Translations under genes and position numbers: made by a program
Shown: positions 31,180 to 43,375 of the stretch, piece after piece
How the letters are laid out: each line of letters begins with the position of its first letter
How positions within the stretch are numbered: position 1 is the stretch's first letter
NCBI GenBank assembly: GCA_965235115.1
Contig: OZ249436.1
Coordinates: 35,280,001-35,344,000, forward strand
DNA length: 64,000 bases
Direction of reading: 5' to 3'
Source of the DNA: Laetmonice hystrix
Taxonomy: Eukaryota
Notes under the pieces: model-generated
What the model was told of the DNA's origin: nothing
What the model saw: only the letters and a program-made list of their open reading frames with translations
Databases searched by the model: none

Positions 31180-34100
31180 TCAATTTCCATTTCTGTCAGT
31201 TACCGGTACCTCTTCATCTGAATTAGAATTGTACGTTTCCCTCTCTTCTTCATTCCCTAATATTTCATCTTTATCGTTCACCCCAGCAGTAACTGCTGCT
31301 GTCGGCTCTACAACAGCCACAGTGACTTGTTTGGTGGAGTCGGGTTGGCCGGGTAACCCAGGCGGTTCTCTTGGTGTGAACTCGGGCTCCTCCTCGTTAT
31401 CCACAAGACATGCCTTGTCGTGTGTTGAGAGGACGTGCCTGGCGGCCTCCGGAGACGGTTGTAGGATGTGGTGATGTCGGGAGTGGTCTATGATTGTGGG
31501 CGCCGACCGGCTCGTCCGGAGGGTGCCCTGCGGTGGGGCAGAATGCAGCGTCTCGTACGAATGCTTTCCCAGGGTGGAGACGCCGCTACCGGCGTAATCG
31601 GACAGGGCGTTTGGCCGGCCAGTGTCCTGCCTGTGGACCGATGACGTGCCCGTTATAACGATCATGTGTGCCTCCGTCTCACGACTGGTGCCCAGACATG
31701 ACCAGAAGTTGAAACAGTCGTCTGTGGGTGTCACTTGAAAGATGACGCCGTCAGTCACAGGAGCTTCCGGCTGACGTGTGGATTCTGGTTGTTGTGTGGA
31801 TTCTATGGAGGAGAAACCTAGAGTCAGCCCAAGCATAGACTGTGTGAAGGCCCCATCCTGTTACACGGAATTTCTTCACTGTACCTGCACTAAGGACCAA
31901 GTCAGTCACCCAGCCATAATATGGGCCTCAATGTGCAAATTATGCAACACAAGTGTCACCATAAAAAATAGACGTACCTTGTTTTCTAGTGACTCTATCA
32001 AATTTATACAATCATCTACCCAAGGACATGACAGAATCGGACTTCAAGCACTGATGACATTCAGTAAAATAGCATGATAACCATTTTATAGCGTCACCTT
32101 TTAAAAAGACATGTTGAACTGCAGCCTACCAAGCGTTTTGGTCAGAAACTACAGCAGCATGTGTACTTACCTCGTGAGCACCTGAGTCGGCCGACATTCA
32201 GTGGGATGAGGGTGAGGAGACAGAGAAATGCCAAGCCCACCGCCCCGCCCCCTACGAAGGGCAGAACGTCACGGTAGAAACTCTCAGCACACTGGCTATC
32301 GTCATGCAACCTGGAGTGAAACCAGGGAAGGGACATAGATCAGGAGCCCTGGCTTTGGAAATTTCAGCATATCAAACATTTTGATAAATAAAATTAGTGA
32401 AGCAAGATCAAAGATGTCAAGTGGAGTCAAGATTTTTGTTCTTGTTAAGTCCTACGGTTCAAAGGTAGATGTAGCTGTGTTCGTCTTGGCTCAAACAGTC
32501 AAAGTTTGGTGTTCTTTATTATTGACGTTATCAGCTCTGACAAGCTTGTCTAAGAAAAATCGATAAGCTCAAGAATACTTACATGCAGTTATTAGTACGC
32601 TGAATGACCATAACTGCAATACCTAGGACAACCTTGTCCAGGAAAGACAGCGTTGAAAATACAAAGGTAGCACCATCCTGAAAGAATAACCAAGGCAGTA
32701 TAGAATGGAGGAAAATGAATGGTGGACGTTTTTGAAATGGTTAAAAAGTAAAGATTATCTATTATCTATGGGATTCATAATTATTCTTTCGACTTAGAAG
32801 TGAATTCTCTATGATTTGACGTTGTAACACTCCCTGCAGATAGCAGATTCCTGCGAGTTGTTCAAGGATTGTTTTTAAGATATAGATACCTGGATTTCTA
32901 ATTTCTCTTTTATTTTTGGATATAAACGAAAAGCGTTCAGCGCTTACTGTTTACATACACTGCAGTCGCTGACAAGGGCTGCGATCAGTCCCAGTTCAGA
33001 CACAATGGCGACAGCACCGCCGGCCCCGAGCAAAACGGCTATGACGAATATGTATAGTTTGTAAAGTGACCATGAGGATTGCAGGTAGTACATCCAGGCC
33101 ACTGCTGCGGCTACTAATACCAGACCAATCACTGTAGTGATCTGTTAATATTAGAAAGAAGGATATAAGTGGAGTAATTCTGTTTGAGGGGAAAACAAGC
33201 AATATAATACCCAAAGTTCATGAGAAATGTTAATTAAGGCATCACACCAAAATACGTTATCTAAACGGTTGACCTTTCTTAAGGTGTAGGGTGGGTGTAA
33301 ATCGTTTCAATGAAATCTGGCCAACTAAGGAGGTTTTCTATAGAACTAAATATAAGAAAAAAAACAGGTTGTCTCCTGACACATTTAGAAAGCTAGAAGC
33401 AGAGCTAGATTATCTTATTTTGATGAATAGTCCTGAATTTGAGGTCCTTATTTTGTCGTGTACTAGTACACCTGAACTTTTACTGCCTCCTGTGAAGTGA
33501 TATTTATTCTATGGCCAGTAATTCCGGCCAGGGAAACACGATATTTGATTTCAAAAGAAGATTACTAACCTTGTTGCTGGTATACCTGCCGCAAGGCCTC
33601 GCTACGAATGGCACAATCATGGCTCCGAGAAATGCCACCAGCGGGACAGCCGCCACGTAATCCTGGAAGAATCAAGAATTTCTTCTATCAAATTCTTAAA
33701 ATTTTGAATTCAAGCTACTGTTGGTGTTAAAAATACCTTTGTATCAGTACCTGATCAGCTGCGTTAGGAAGTAGTCGCGAATTTTATTGTAAAATTAATT
33801 TCCTAGTGTGAGAAAACTTGCACTTACTTTTTCCAAATGAAGTGTGTCTGTCAGGTAAATCGGCAGGTACATTTGTGAAACACTGACAGCGAGGGAAGTA
33901 AACACGTAGAGTATGACTGCCTGTTGTGGAATAAAGGGTATTTAGGACTGCGTATTGCGGAATAGAGTAATTTAGTATTTGTATGGAGGGGTGTAGGTGT
34001 GTGTATGTAATTGCAAGTGAAACAAGCTTATGAAGCTTACAGCCCCCAACAAGACCTATTTCTTGAACATAGGATGATTGTCGCATATGAAACTACATGA

Positions 34101-37100
34101 TCTTCAATCTATCCATCACAAAGAGTAGTTATGCGGTTATAGTTTTGAAGGTACAAGCTTTTTAGGAAAGGTCAAAGAATATGCCCCGCTACGTCATCGT
34201 TTTCCCAATCATGTTTGTATACATGTATTACTTACATGTATATGATTTCCTGTACATGCTTAGGTATAGATCTGGTAATGACGTAATATGACCAATTTAC
34301 GTCATGCTACATAAAGAACAGTAGTGTTAAACGAAAGGTCAAATACCCATTCATATCTGTCAACAATAGTAATTACTACTTTATCTGGCGCCATTTTCAA
34401 GATGTGAGCCAAAATAGTGTTATCATGTGGGTCAAAAACAAATATGGCCGTCATATTGCCATATTGGATCTAGCCAGAAATAAATGCTTTTCTTTGCTCC
34501 AAATTTGAACGAAATCGGGATCGTTTGGTCCGAGTTATTGCTCGAAACGTATCTATATCTAAGATAGCTGTCAAGCGGCCATTTTGAATGATATCAAAAA
34601 TCTATTTGACGTGCATCATCCTCAGAGCATCCCAGACAGGGGCGCCGGAAGCAATTTATTATTGGGGGGGGGGGGGGGCAAGAGAGCTGAAGCGAAAGTC
34701 ATAGGCTACAACATGTTTAGTAAAGCAGGGTCGGAGGCCCTCTCCAAGAAAATTTTAAAAACTACACACCCTAAAACGCTTTTCTACGCCATTGTAGGGC
34801 AGGATTTTTTTATGTTTTGAAGGCGTGAATGAATAAATTACAATGTATCATTAGGACAATCGACCCAGTCTTTGACGCACCCAAGTCATGGTTTTAACAG
34901 GCCTACTGTATGTGGAAAAACCTGCCTTTTTTCATTCATGATCACAGATTATTGGGGGGGCGATGCCCCCCCAACCAGATTATTGAGGGGGCGGTTGCCC
35001 CCCCTGCCCCCCCCCCCCCCGCTTCTGGCGCCTATGATCCCAGATCATTGAGAAATCGTTGTATACGGACGTACAGACGGCCGAGCGACGGAAGTAAAAT
35101 TAGAAGCCCCTTTGGATTGGGGGCTAACAAAAGTAGACATGTTAACTGCGTAAAAGAAAGAAGAGATATTCAACTAGAGTTCACTGCACTGATTAAGTAA
35201 TGAGCTGGCACTGTCTTTTCAACTCAGTTCTATCGAGCAATCCTTCTGAATAATGGAGGCGATTCTATATATAGTGATACGGGAAAAGAAATCCAACATG
35301 CCAATAGCCTGCTTGAAGGATTTTATTGCAGGGTTGCGTTTTTAGTTGGCAGGCCAGTTACAACATTTTAGAATTGCCTTTATCACTATTTCTCAACTTT
35401 CCACAGATTGGCAATTAAGCCTGAAATGGGCAGCGAGGAGGCGAACCTTTTGGAAGCTTTTATACATTTGTTATTAATGATAAATAACCAATGTGGCAAA
35501 CCTGGTAGAATTGTGGCTCCCTGAGCCAGTCGCTCGGGCCGAGGCGTTCACAGCTGACTGTCGCCAGACCCAGGCTGTCTGGGTAGGTGTCGTAGGACTG
35601 CTCCTCTGTGCCCACTTGGAATACAACGGCACACACTAGTCCCGTGACGAGTAGGGTCAGCACGAGAGCCTTCACAACATCATATTGATAAACATGTTAT
35701 CTATATGTCTAAGAAGATCAGATAGCATAGATTAAACAAGACAAATATTGAAAATTTAAATATTTAAAATTGAAAGAAATGCCATTTGTTCTGAATATAC
35801 AGGATGGTTAAATTTGGAAACGGAATATAGTCATGTGGTAAATTGAATAATAGTTTGGTGTGAGATAGGTAACCTACGCTGGGGTGGGGTTGTACGATGA
35901 AAGTAGAACAACAGACATTCGGATGAATCTATTATATACGCGTATATGGATGAAATACCCCCCCCCCCCCTCCTCTCCAAAATTCCCGGGTCCACCCCGA
36001 GTGGGCCTACATGCCGTAGGCAGGCCTACCTATGTAGTTATGGAGAGGGGCGGATGATTTTCTATGGATGGTGAACTTACACGGAACCAAGATGCGTATG
36101 CAGGGCCGATGGTTGGACCGTCGGCAAGCGTCATCATCAGCCATGTGATGCTGTAGGTGGTTATCCCACAGAGTATACCGAAGGTGTACCTGTTAGGGAA
36201 AGTGTATACCTTCTGTATGGCGATCTGATTCAGGACAGGGGGGTATTCGGTAAGAGACACAGGGGCAGAAAGTCCACATAGGCCTACGCCCCCTAACCTT
36301 TGAATGCAACTCATATTGGCCATTGATTGTGTATACATGTAATAAGGTCTCCTGTTGGCAAGGAAGACCTATGCCTGATGTACCTCTGTGCCATCCGAAG
36401 AACATGTACGGTATTAAAGTATTGACTACATAATGGTATAAGTCACCGAATTGCAATGTTAGGCATTTATACACCGTAACGTACACTGAACTCTACATGC
36501 CGAAGGCTCTATATAGATAGAATGTATAATTTCTCATTAATGATAATTGATAATGAATGATATGTATAATGATAATCAATTTCTAAAGACAACATGGCCC
36601 AACATGGCGGCCGTTATCATTTGTCGATCCAAGCATGCAGCAGCAGTGCAGCAGTGATCAGTATCACCATAGATGTGTAGTACACATCTATGGTATCACA
36701 TACCTGACTGTGTTGAGCTCCACCCTTTCTGCCTCGTTGTGTGTGATCTCAGGAATCAACGCCAGATGCGAAGTTTGTGTGGTGGTCCACCCAATTTGAA
36801 AGACGACCATAAACACCGTGTAATAGATCAATTGTTTCCACTGCACCACGTCCTGGCAGTTTATACATTGCATGAAGAGAAAGGGTAAACTGATCGCCAC
36901 AAAAACTGTCCCTGAAAACAAGAACACGCGTCATCGTTGAAACATGTAGACAACCAAGGCATGGCGAGGCCTTTAAATCACACCAGTATAAAATATATCA
37001 GGGTGGACTTATTGCGGACTGTTAGGCCCTATATAGTAAATCGAACGTAGACTTTGATCTATAATATCTAAGAACTGTGGGCATGGATCTTTACACCCTA

Positions 37101-37690
37101 CTCTGTATTGATCCACCTTAAAATATCATAGGCCTACGTTAGGAAACATTCAGGGTTAGGCCTATTCCCCCATGGTAACTTCCAGTCCCAGACACAATTT
37201 TTGGGTAAGGGTTCGGGTTAAAGTCTGGGATAGGGATATTATGTCTTTGGGAGGTGCAGGGACCGAGGTTAGGAGTTAGGGATAAGGTCAGGGCTATCGA
37301 TCTTTATTTATGACAAAATTTCGTGGGGGTTAAGTTACCACGGGGGATATATACCACATTCAGCTGTTACAAATCACGGTAAATTCATAACCAGGCCAAA
37401 TGTCACTCACCAAAAAGATGCCAGCTTTTCCTTTTGGTGTAGCGAAAGCAACCGTTGGTGTGGTCAGAAACGTGGGTTATGAATGGTTGGGCGAGGGCCG
37501 CTAGAACAAGACCGACGATAACCATGCAGCCAACGTACGTGTGGTTGAGGCCTACTACTTTGTACATGTAGAGAAGTATGTAGCTGAGCCACAGCGGTCG
37601 GCTCAGGTCATTGAGCACATGACCTATCCCGTACGTTATTCTTTTACTGAGGCAAGGCAGCCGATAGGACGGTGACAGCAAGTCGTCCAT
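31180..37690 (-). CDS. MFSD12: MFSD12-like major facilitator (GPH/MelB-like) transporter; exons 37690-37411, 36911-36704, 36189-36081, 35669-35502, 33920-33828, 33662-33570, 33141-32959, 32677-32583, 32310-32171, 31817-31180
   Basis: Family motifs YGIGHVLNDL, KRKSWHLFGT, FQIGWTTTQTSHLALIPEI, ERVELNTVRYTF, WLREPQFYQ, SQMYLPIYLTDTLHLEK, FVFSTLSFLDK. Splice phases are consistent. It may be a divergent paralogue rather than the orthologue; the last exon is least certain. Confidence 0.85.
34637..35034 (+). mobile_element. MITE family copy 1 (in an MFSD12-like intron)
   Basis: TIRs aggggcgccggaagc / gcttctggcgcct; internal sequence closely similar to 38805-39155. Confidence 0.85.
37165..37352 (+). 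mobile_element. Second copy of the 13975-14258 dispersed repeat, lacking the nested MITE
   Basis: Reads ...ttccagtcccag|acacaattt..., i.e. the empty insertion site. Confidence 0.8.
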
Positions 37691-38134
37691 GATTGGGGAA
37701 TGTTTCCGTCTGTTTGGTCGAGTCAAGCAATTTGTGATGTCCACTCAGGCGACTGGCAGTGTCAGAATCGGCATGACTTTTGGTACTGTTATTGCAGATA
37801 GCCCTTTTCGAGATTCTGAAAATAAACCCAGAAATTTACATGCGTGAGTTAACTATGCCTACCGTTAAGTATAGCATGCACAGTTCTGTAAGAAGGTCGA
37901 TCTATACGATAGTGATTAAATGTTGTCATAATTATATCTACAGATTTACAGGTTGCCACATAAAAATGCCCATATAAAATTGTGCAAAATATCAAGTTCG
38001 TTAATAATTTTATGGTATATGAATCAGTGGCGGTTTAAAGGGGGGGGGGGGGTTACTGGGGTGCCCGCCCCCCGTTACGAAGTAATGTTTCTTTTTTTCT
38101 GCTTGAAAGGTTCACACAAAACATACACAACAAC

Positions 38135-38377
38135 ATGCGCGTGTCCAGGGGGGCTCCCACAGAGCATAGATTTTTTCTAAGAATTCCCGCCGTTTTGAAC
38201 CCGTTGAGCGATTCTTTCTAAGCATTCCCGCCGTTTTGAACCCGTTGAGCGATGAATCCACAAAATTATAATGCCCTAAAATGGCCCCTAAATGACGGGG
38301 AATCGCGTCTCAGAGCTACTAATTTTTAAGAATTTCCTGAGTCCCCCCTCCTGCTGAAAATCCTGGACACGCGCCTG
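38135..38377 (+). mobile_element. MITE (ca.gcgcgtgtccag family), apparently nested in a larger element at about 38025-38640
   Basis: TIRs catgcgcgtgtccag / ctggacacgcgcctg; internal tandem duplication of ttcccgccgttttgaacccgttgagcgat; inverted copy at 49186-49461. Confidence 0.8.
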
Positions 38378-38804
38378 AACAACCCCCCCCCCCTCCCTTT
38401 GGCACCCCAGAACCACCTGATGAATGGAAATCTTTTTTCATCGTGCACCTTAGTATGGATGTTCGCGGGAGACTGGTGCTGCTTCTGGCGGCGACGGTGA
38501 TGCATTAGACAAGAATTTGCCTCCCCTTTACACGTTTTTATGTATAGAATTATCAAAAAAGGAGGAAATAAAAACTGTGCAAAACTATATTTTATGGTTG
38601 TGAAAAAGGCAGGCCGTTTTGCTTTTAGAACGCCGCCATGCATGCACTGCCTACAGTATATAGGCTAGCAGGCCATTGGTGAGCGCGAAATCTCTGGTTC
38701 ATGATATTTCCATTGACTCTGATCCCGCGTGTGTTATCATGCAGGCGTACAGCCCTGCTAGGGAGTTAATAGGGCTACAGAAATTTGCTTCCTGGTAAGT
38801 AGGG

Positions 38805-39155
38805 CAGAGGCGCCGGGAGCAAATTATTATTGGGGGGGGGGGGGGGGCAAGAGAGCTGAAGCGAAATTTTGAAAACTACACACCCTAAAACGCTTTTCTA
38901 CACCATTTTGAGGCAGTATTTTTTATGTTTTAAAGGCATGAATGAATAATATATCATTAGGACAATCGACCCAGTCTTTGACGCCCAAGTCATGGTTTCA
39001 ACATGCAGGCCTACTGTATGTGGAAAAAGCTGCATTTTTTTCATTCAAGATCACAGATTATTGGGGGGGGGGGGGGGCAATGCCCCCAACCAGATTATTG
39101 AGGGGCGGTCGCCCCCCCTGCCTTACTCCTGCATATTCGGCCGCTTCTGGCGCCT
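38805..39155 (+). mobile_element. MITE family copy 2
   Basis: Shares ggcaagagagctgaagcgaa, aaaactacacaccctaaaacgcttttcta and tcattaggacaatcgacccagtctttgacgc with 34637-35034, with an internal deletion. Confidence 0.85.
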
Positions 39156-42039
39156 ACGAAGTATACGGGCTATTATAGTTTTATCCGATTTAGGCTAGTG
39201 TCGATTGGGACTATAACAGAGGGTCTGATGCCAGTGATGGCCCCCCCCCCCCCCCCAATAGTTTTTAATTTGCCGAGGCGCGATCGAGTTACTGACAAAG
39301 GCATCCATCCAAATCAAATAACCCGGTATACAGCAATATAGGCCTAGGGTAAGCCATGGGACATGAACACGCTACGGCGTTCCTTATAATATTTCCATGC
39401 CCCCTGATAGTTATACAAGCCCGAGGCCTACTTACCCGTAGACTCTATACACGATCCAGGAAGCCGGTTCCTCCTACGCCATAATCCGATGTAAGGTTAT
39501 ATTCCAGTCAGGTAGTCGACTCGTGCCTACTATCCAAGATGTGCCAAGTAGAGGAGGCGGAATCACATGCCCGGTGAAGATCATATGACATACCGTCCGT
39601 CATGTGACATGCAGTCAAACACGACCTTGATATGTAGTGAGGAAACTATCGGCAGTCAGTACGGGTGTCCGTACAGTTGTATACAACCGGCCCGTAGAAA
39701 GACTATACTTGTGATATGGCAGTGTCACAGCTAGTGATAACAACCTCGACAAATAATGGCAGTCCCCAAACTATATCAGCTTCGCTTTTTTGGGGGCTGC
39801 AAGGGAATGTTAATTGTCCGAATCTCACGGGTCAAATAGGTGCACAGTCTGGTTTGGAGCCGTAGTTATTGTGAAAGGTTTCGTGCAGCACGGTGCCGAA
39901 CGCTGGGTCAGGGTACGAGTTCTCGGGCTGCCTCTCTGCTGGCCGGATATGCATGAGTAACACTCGCCAGTTGACCCCTCGCTCATATATCGGTCATGGT
40001 GTGTGGGGATCCCTGCAGCCAATAGGCCTACATGGTCTGCCGTCACACCACGATACCCCTGTAGTAGGTTCACAATAGACTGAGGCTGCACCTAGTAATA
40101 CGCCGGTAGCGTGACAGAAAGATTGAGCGATTCGTTCTCAACTGATTTGTTATTAACGATGAACGTATCTATAGAGAATCCTATTCTAAATAAGAAAGAT
40201 TACTTTTATAGGGCCGCCGTGTGCAAATGCCTACGAAAAGTTATGGTGCATTCCGTGCATATAGGCATGCGTGAGCTCTACGTAATAGGCCTACGTAAGG
40301 AGCCGCCTATTCCCAGAAACGTGACTGGATGGTTCTGATCTGCTGGTCCATCACCATTTGACTGCCTTGCCATGCATCGATAGATCCTGCGCAGCCCAGA
40401 TGCAGATGCTTATAAGCCCCCACCCCCAGCTTAACTCCAGGGTTACCATTTTGCAGTGTCTGTATACGGCGCACCTATAAGAGGTTTGATACATACATCA
40501 AGCCCATGCACCCCCCCCCCCACCCCCACCCCCAGTTGCAAAATCCTGGATCCGCCCGACAACTAGCAGGGTGAGGGCGCTCATTTCTAATCGCTGTGCC
40601 CATCCTGAATATATATCAGCATCTGCAACCTTTCTCTGGAACCCTCATGGCACTTATATCGAAATAAGTCGGACTTATCATCTTATCACGATGATAAGTC
40701 GGACTTATCATCTTATTACGATGTGCGGGTTCCTTAATTTCATACTCCATCGTCATATAGCTATACCGACAGGGTAAACATTGCGGCATATATCTGTGGA
40801 TGTTACAGAATATAATCTTTGTAACGTGGGCCTACCAGTACGATATGTTTGCAGTTACCGTATCTACCAGTCCGAGTCTACTATAATTTTTTTATTACCG
40901 GCATTTACTATATATGTTGTATTTTGGGCTAGAGCCAGTGGTATTTTCGGCAAGAGTTATTGACGAGAAAACAAAAGAAGCAATCAATTGTCGCGTTATT
41001 TAACATCGATGATGGTCGGACACACACACGTGTCATAATGTTGCTGGGTGCTGGTACGTTGTTTACCATTGGTGTACAGGGGATGCCATCATGTTGAATC
41101 AGCTGGAGGGACAAACACTGGCACGACCACATTCATACCAGGTCTTGCTCCATTGTCACTTCTCGACGTCCGTCGACTTGTTGTGCGTGGGCCGAGGCCA
41201 GAAAACTGTTCTGCCTGTCGGCAGATTTATCAAAACTGCGCCTTCGTTAAACAAACCTAAAAGTGCCAAATCGGAGAGAGCCAATTGTGGAAATTACAAG
41301 GTAAAGTTCACACAATTTTCTTCAGTAAAGATATTGTGATATAGGCCTACATTAAGACCCTATATGTACATTATTATAGGCCTACTTTCAGGGAGACTTG
41401 AGACGAGACAAGTAAAGCTTTGTTGCTCTGGCAGGCCAATATGTTTCAAACAAAGTCTAGACTATAATCGGTCCAGTCTAAATTCTACCAGTGTCGTTTC
41501 GATTAGATTTCTGCTGTAACTATGGGATGAGATGTGGCATTAATGTGCTACGTCAGTAGCGGATGGGGGGGGGGGGGGCTCCAGGACCCCCCCCCCCCCC
41601 TTGGCGTCAATTTTCCTCTTTTTCCCATAGAGCTTTCTGAATTAACCGTGGTGGACCCCCCCCCCCTTCCAAATTCCTCCTGTACGTGCTTTCCGTACCC
41701 GGATGTTTGAGTCACGTTCGCCATTGTCTCTATGTCAACAAGAGACCGAAGAACGACCGGATATTCTATTACGCGCGTTTTCTTTCCCGTTTGTCTCCAA
41801 TTTCTCTCCTTACAATTAATGTATAGCTACATCTCGTTCATACATGGATACATCCAGATACACATTCTTAGTATAATCAGACATGTAGCTTATGCATGTA
41901 AGCATGGCATCTTTCAACACATGATTTCCTCTTTTCAGAAACACTCCAGGCATGTTGATTTGCTACGTTGGACCTCATAGTATACTGCCCTAAAAGGTTC
42001 CGCGTGAAGCGTATTGAGACGTTGAGGAACATTTTCATT

Positions 42040-42900
42040 ATGAGAATCATAAGTATCCCTGGTATCCCTCATAAAGATGACGAACTTTTGGATGCAATAA
42101 CGCAGGGGCATTTGGGGCGAGTAAAGCAGCTCGTATCGAGTGGTATTTTTATCAATACGGTACTTCACAGCAAAACCAGACATGAAAGTGCTACTCTACT
42201 CGGTACAGCTGCTTATGAAGGTAAGACAAGCATTATGGCATTTCTCATCGAGTCCAAAGCAGCTGTCAACTACAAGGACCCATGTCTCGGCCGCTCTGCT
42301 CTCCAGTGGGCGTGTATAGGGGGACACCTCGCAGCGGTGGAACTGCTCCTCCAATACAAAACTGACGTCAACTGTTCAGATCGCGATAATGTGACACCCC
42401 TCATCCAGGCTGCCATGTTTGGTAGGCTTGAAATAGTAGAAATGCTCATCGAAAACGATGCCCAAGTCGACCAGGTGGACAGACTGCATTCGTCAGCCCT
42501 TCACTATGCGTCGTTTCATGGCCACAGCTCGATCGTGTCGGTTCTGATACGTGCAGGAAACACGTTGAACAATGCTGTGATTTTTGGACAGGGAACGCCA
42601 CTGGCCAACCTGGTGTATCAGGGAGACTTTGTAAACTGCAGTTTGCTACTGGAGGCTGGGTACAGTTTGAAGGAGGATTCCTGGATCCTAAACCATACCT
42701 GCCAAGATGACAAAGACAATAGTGGGCATCTTGTGCTCTATCTATTGCGGGAGTATCGCAACCCACCTTCGTTGTTCAGGCTGAGTCGCATTGCTGTGCG
42801 GAAAACTCTCGGGGCTACAGCAATAAGAAGAAAGATTTTCATGTTGCCACTTCCGAAACGACTGTTGCAGACTGTATTACTACAGCGAGATGTACTTTGA
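42040..42900 (+). CDS. Ankyrin repeat and SOCS box (ASB-like) protein, single coding exon, 286 aa from the first in-frame ATG
   Basis: Ankyrin repeats (TLLGTAAYEG, SALQWACIGGH, TPLIQAAMFGR, SALHYASFHGH) and C-terminal SOCS box PPSLFRLSRIAVRKTL...LPLPKRLLQTV. In-frame stop upstream; likely 5' UTR intron 41301-41938; AATAAA at 43791. Confidence 0.9.
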   Translation: MRIISIPGIPHKDDELLDAITQGHLGRVKQLVSSGIFINTVLHSKTRHESATLLGTAAYEGKTSIMAFLIESKAAVNYKDPCLGRSALQWACIGGHLAAVELLLQYKTDVNCSDRDNVTPLIQAAMFGRLEIVEMLIENDAQVDQVDRLHSSALHYASFHGHSSIVSVLIRAGNTLNNAVIFGQGTPLANLVYQGDFVNCSLLLEAGYSLKEDSWILNHTCQDDKDNSGHLVLYLLREYRNPPSLFRLSRIAVRKTLGATAIRRKIFMLPLPKRLLQTVLLQRDVL

Positions 42901-42974
42901 CGAGTAACTATGTTCATAGAGAAGTTCATTTAATCTGTATTTATGGGATACCAATCAATTGGCTTCATACGACC

Positions 42975-43024
42975 TAGGCTGGAGGCAGCCCGACTGAGCA
43001 GAGCACCATCCTGGCTCCAGTCTA
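42975..43024. mobile_element. 50-bp miniature TIR element with 9-bp flanking direct repeat
   Basis: TIRs taggctggag / ctccagtcta; catacgacc at 42966-42974 and 43025-43033. Confidence 0.65.
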
Positions 43025-43299
43025 CATACGACCTAGCCTACGTAGTAAGCCTTGTGCCGAGCCAACAAGGCTTACAGGCAATGGCTTAAATTCCTGGCGG
43101 GCCAGACCACACCCAGGCCAGACCACCACCGCTTGCACTGATCAACTCACCGGCATCCATTTATCTCGACAGTAAGTGTGTGGGGTCATGAAGCAGTGTT
43201 TTTAAGGGTACAACGTCAAATTCATGTCTAGATCACCCGTTTAACGGCGTTTTACCGGCCGCCATGTTGCCTTTGATCCCAGCATGCATCTCTCCGACG

Positions 43300-43375
43300 C
43301 ACTCTCCTACGCAGAGTCTCGCTTACTACTGTGTGAAGCGAAAGCGAAGCGGAAGTAGCTCTGCGTTGGAGAGTG
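43300..43375. mobile_element. 76-bp Mutator-like MITE
   Basis: 17-bp TIR cactctcctacgcagag / ctctgcgttggagagtg (one mismatch); perfect 9-bp TSD tctccgacg at 43291-43299 and 43376-43384. Confidence 0.8.

Noticed and set aside
40664..40722. Duplicated palindrome gataagtcggacttatc
   Set aside because: Simple local tandem duplication of about 29 bp with no further support for function.
41968..42039. ORF-track N-terminal extension of the ASB-like protein
   Set aside because: Begins at TTG; the first in-frame ATG is 42040 and an in-frame stop lies upstream.
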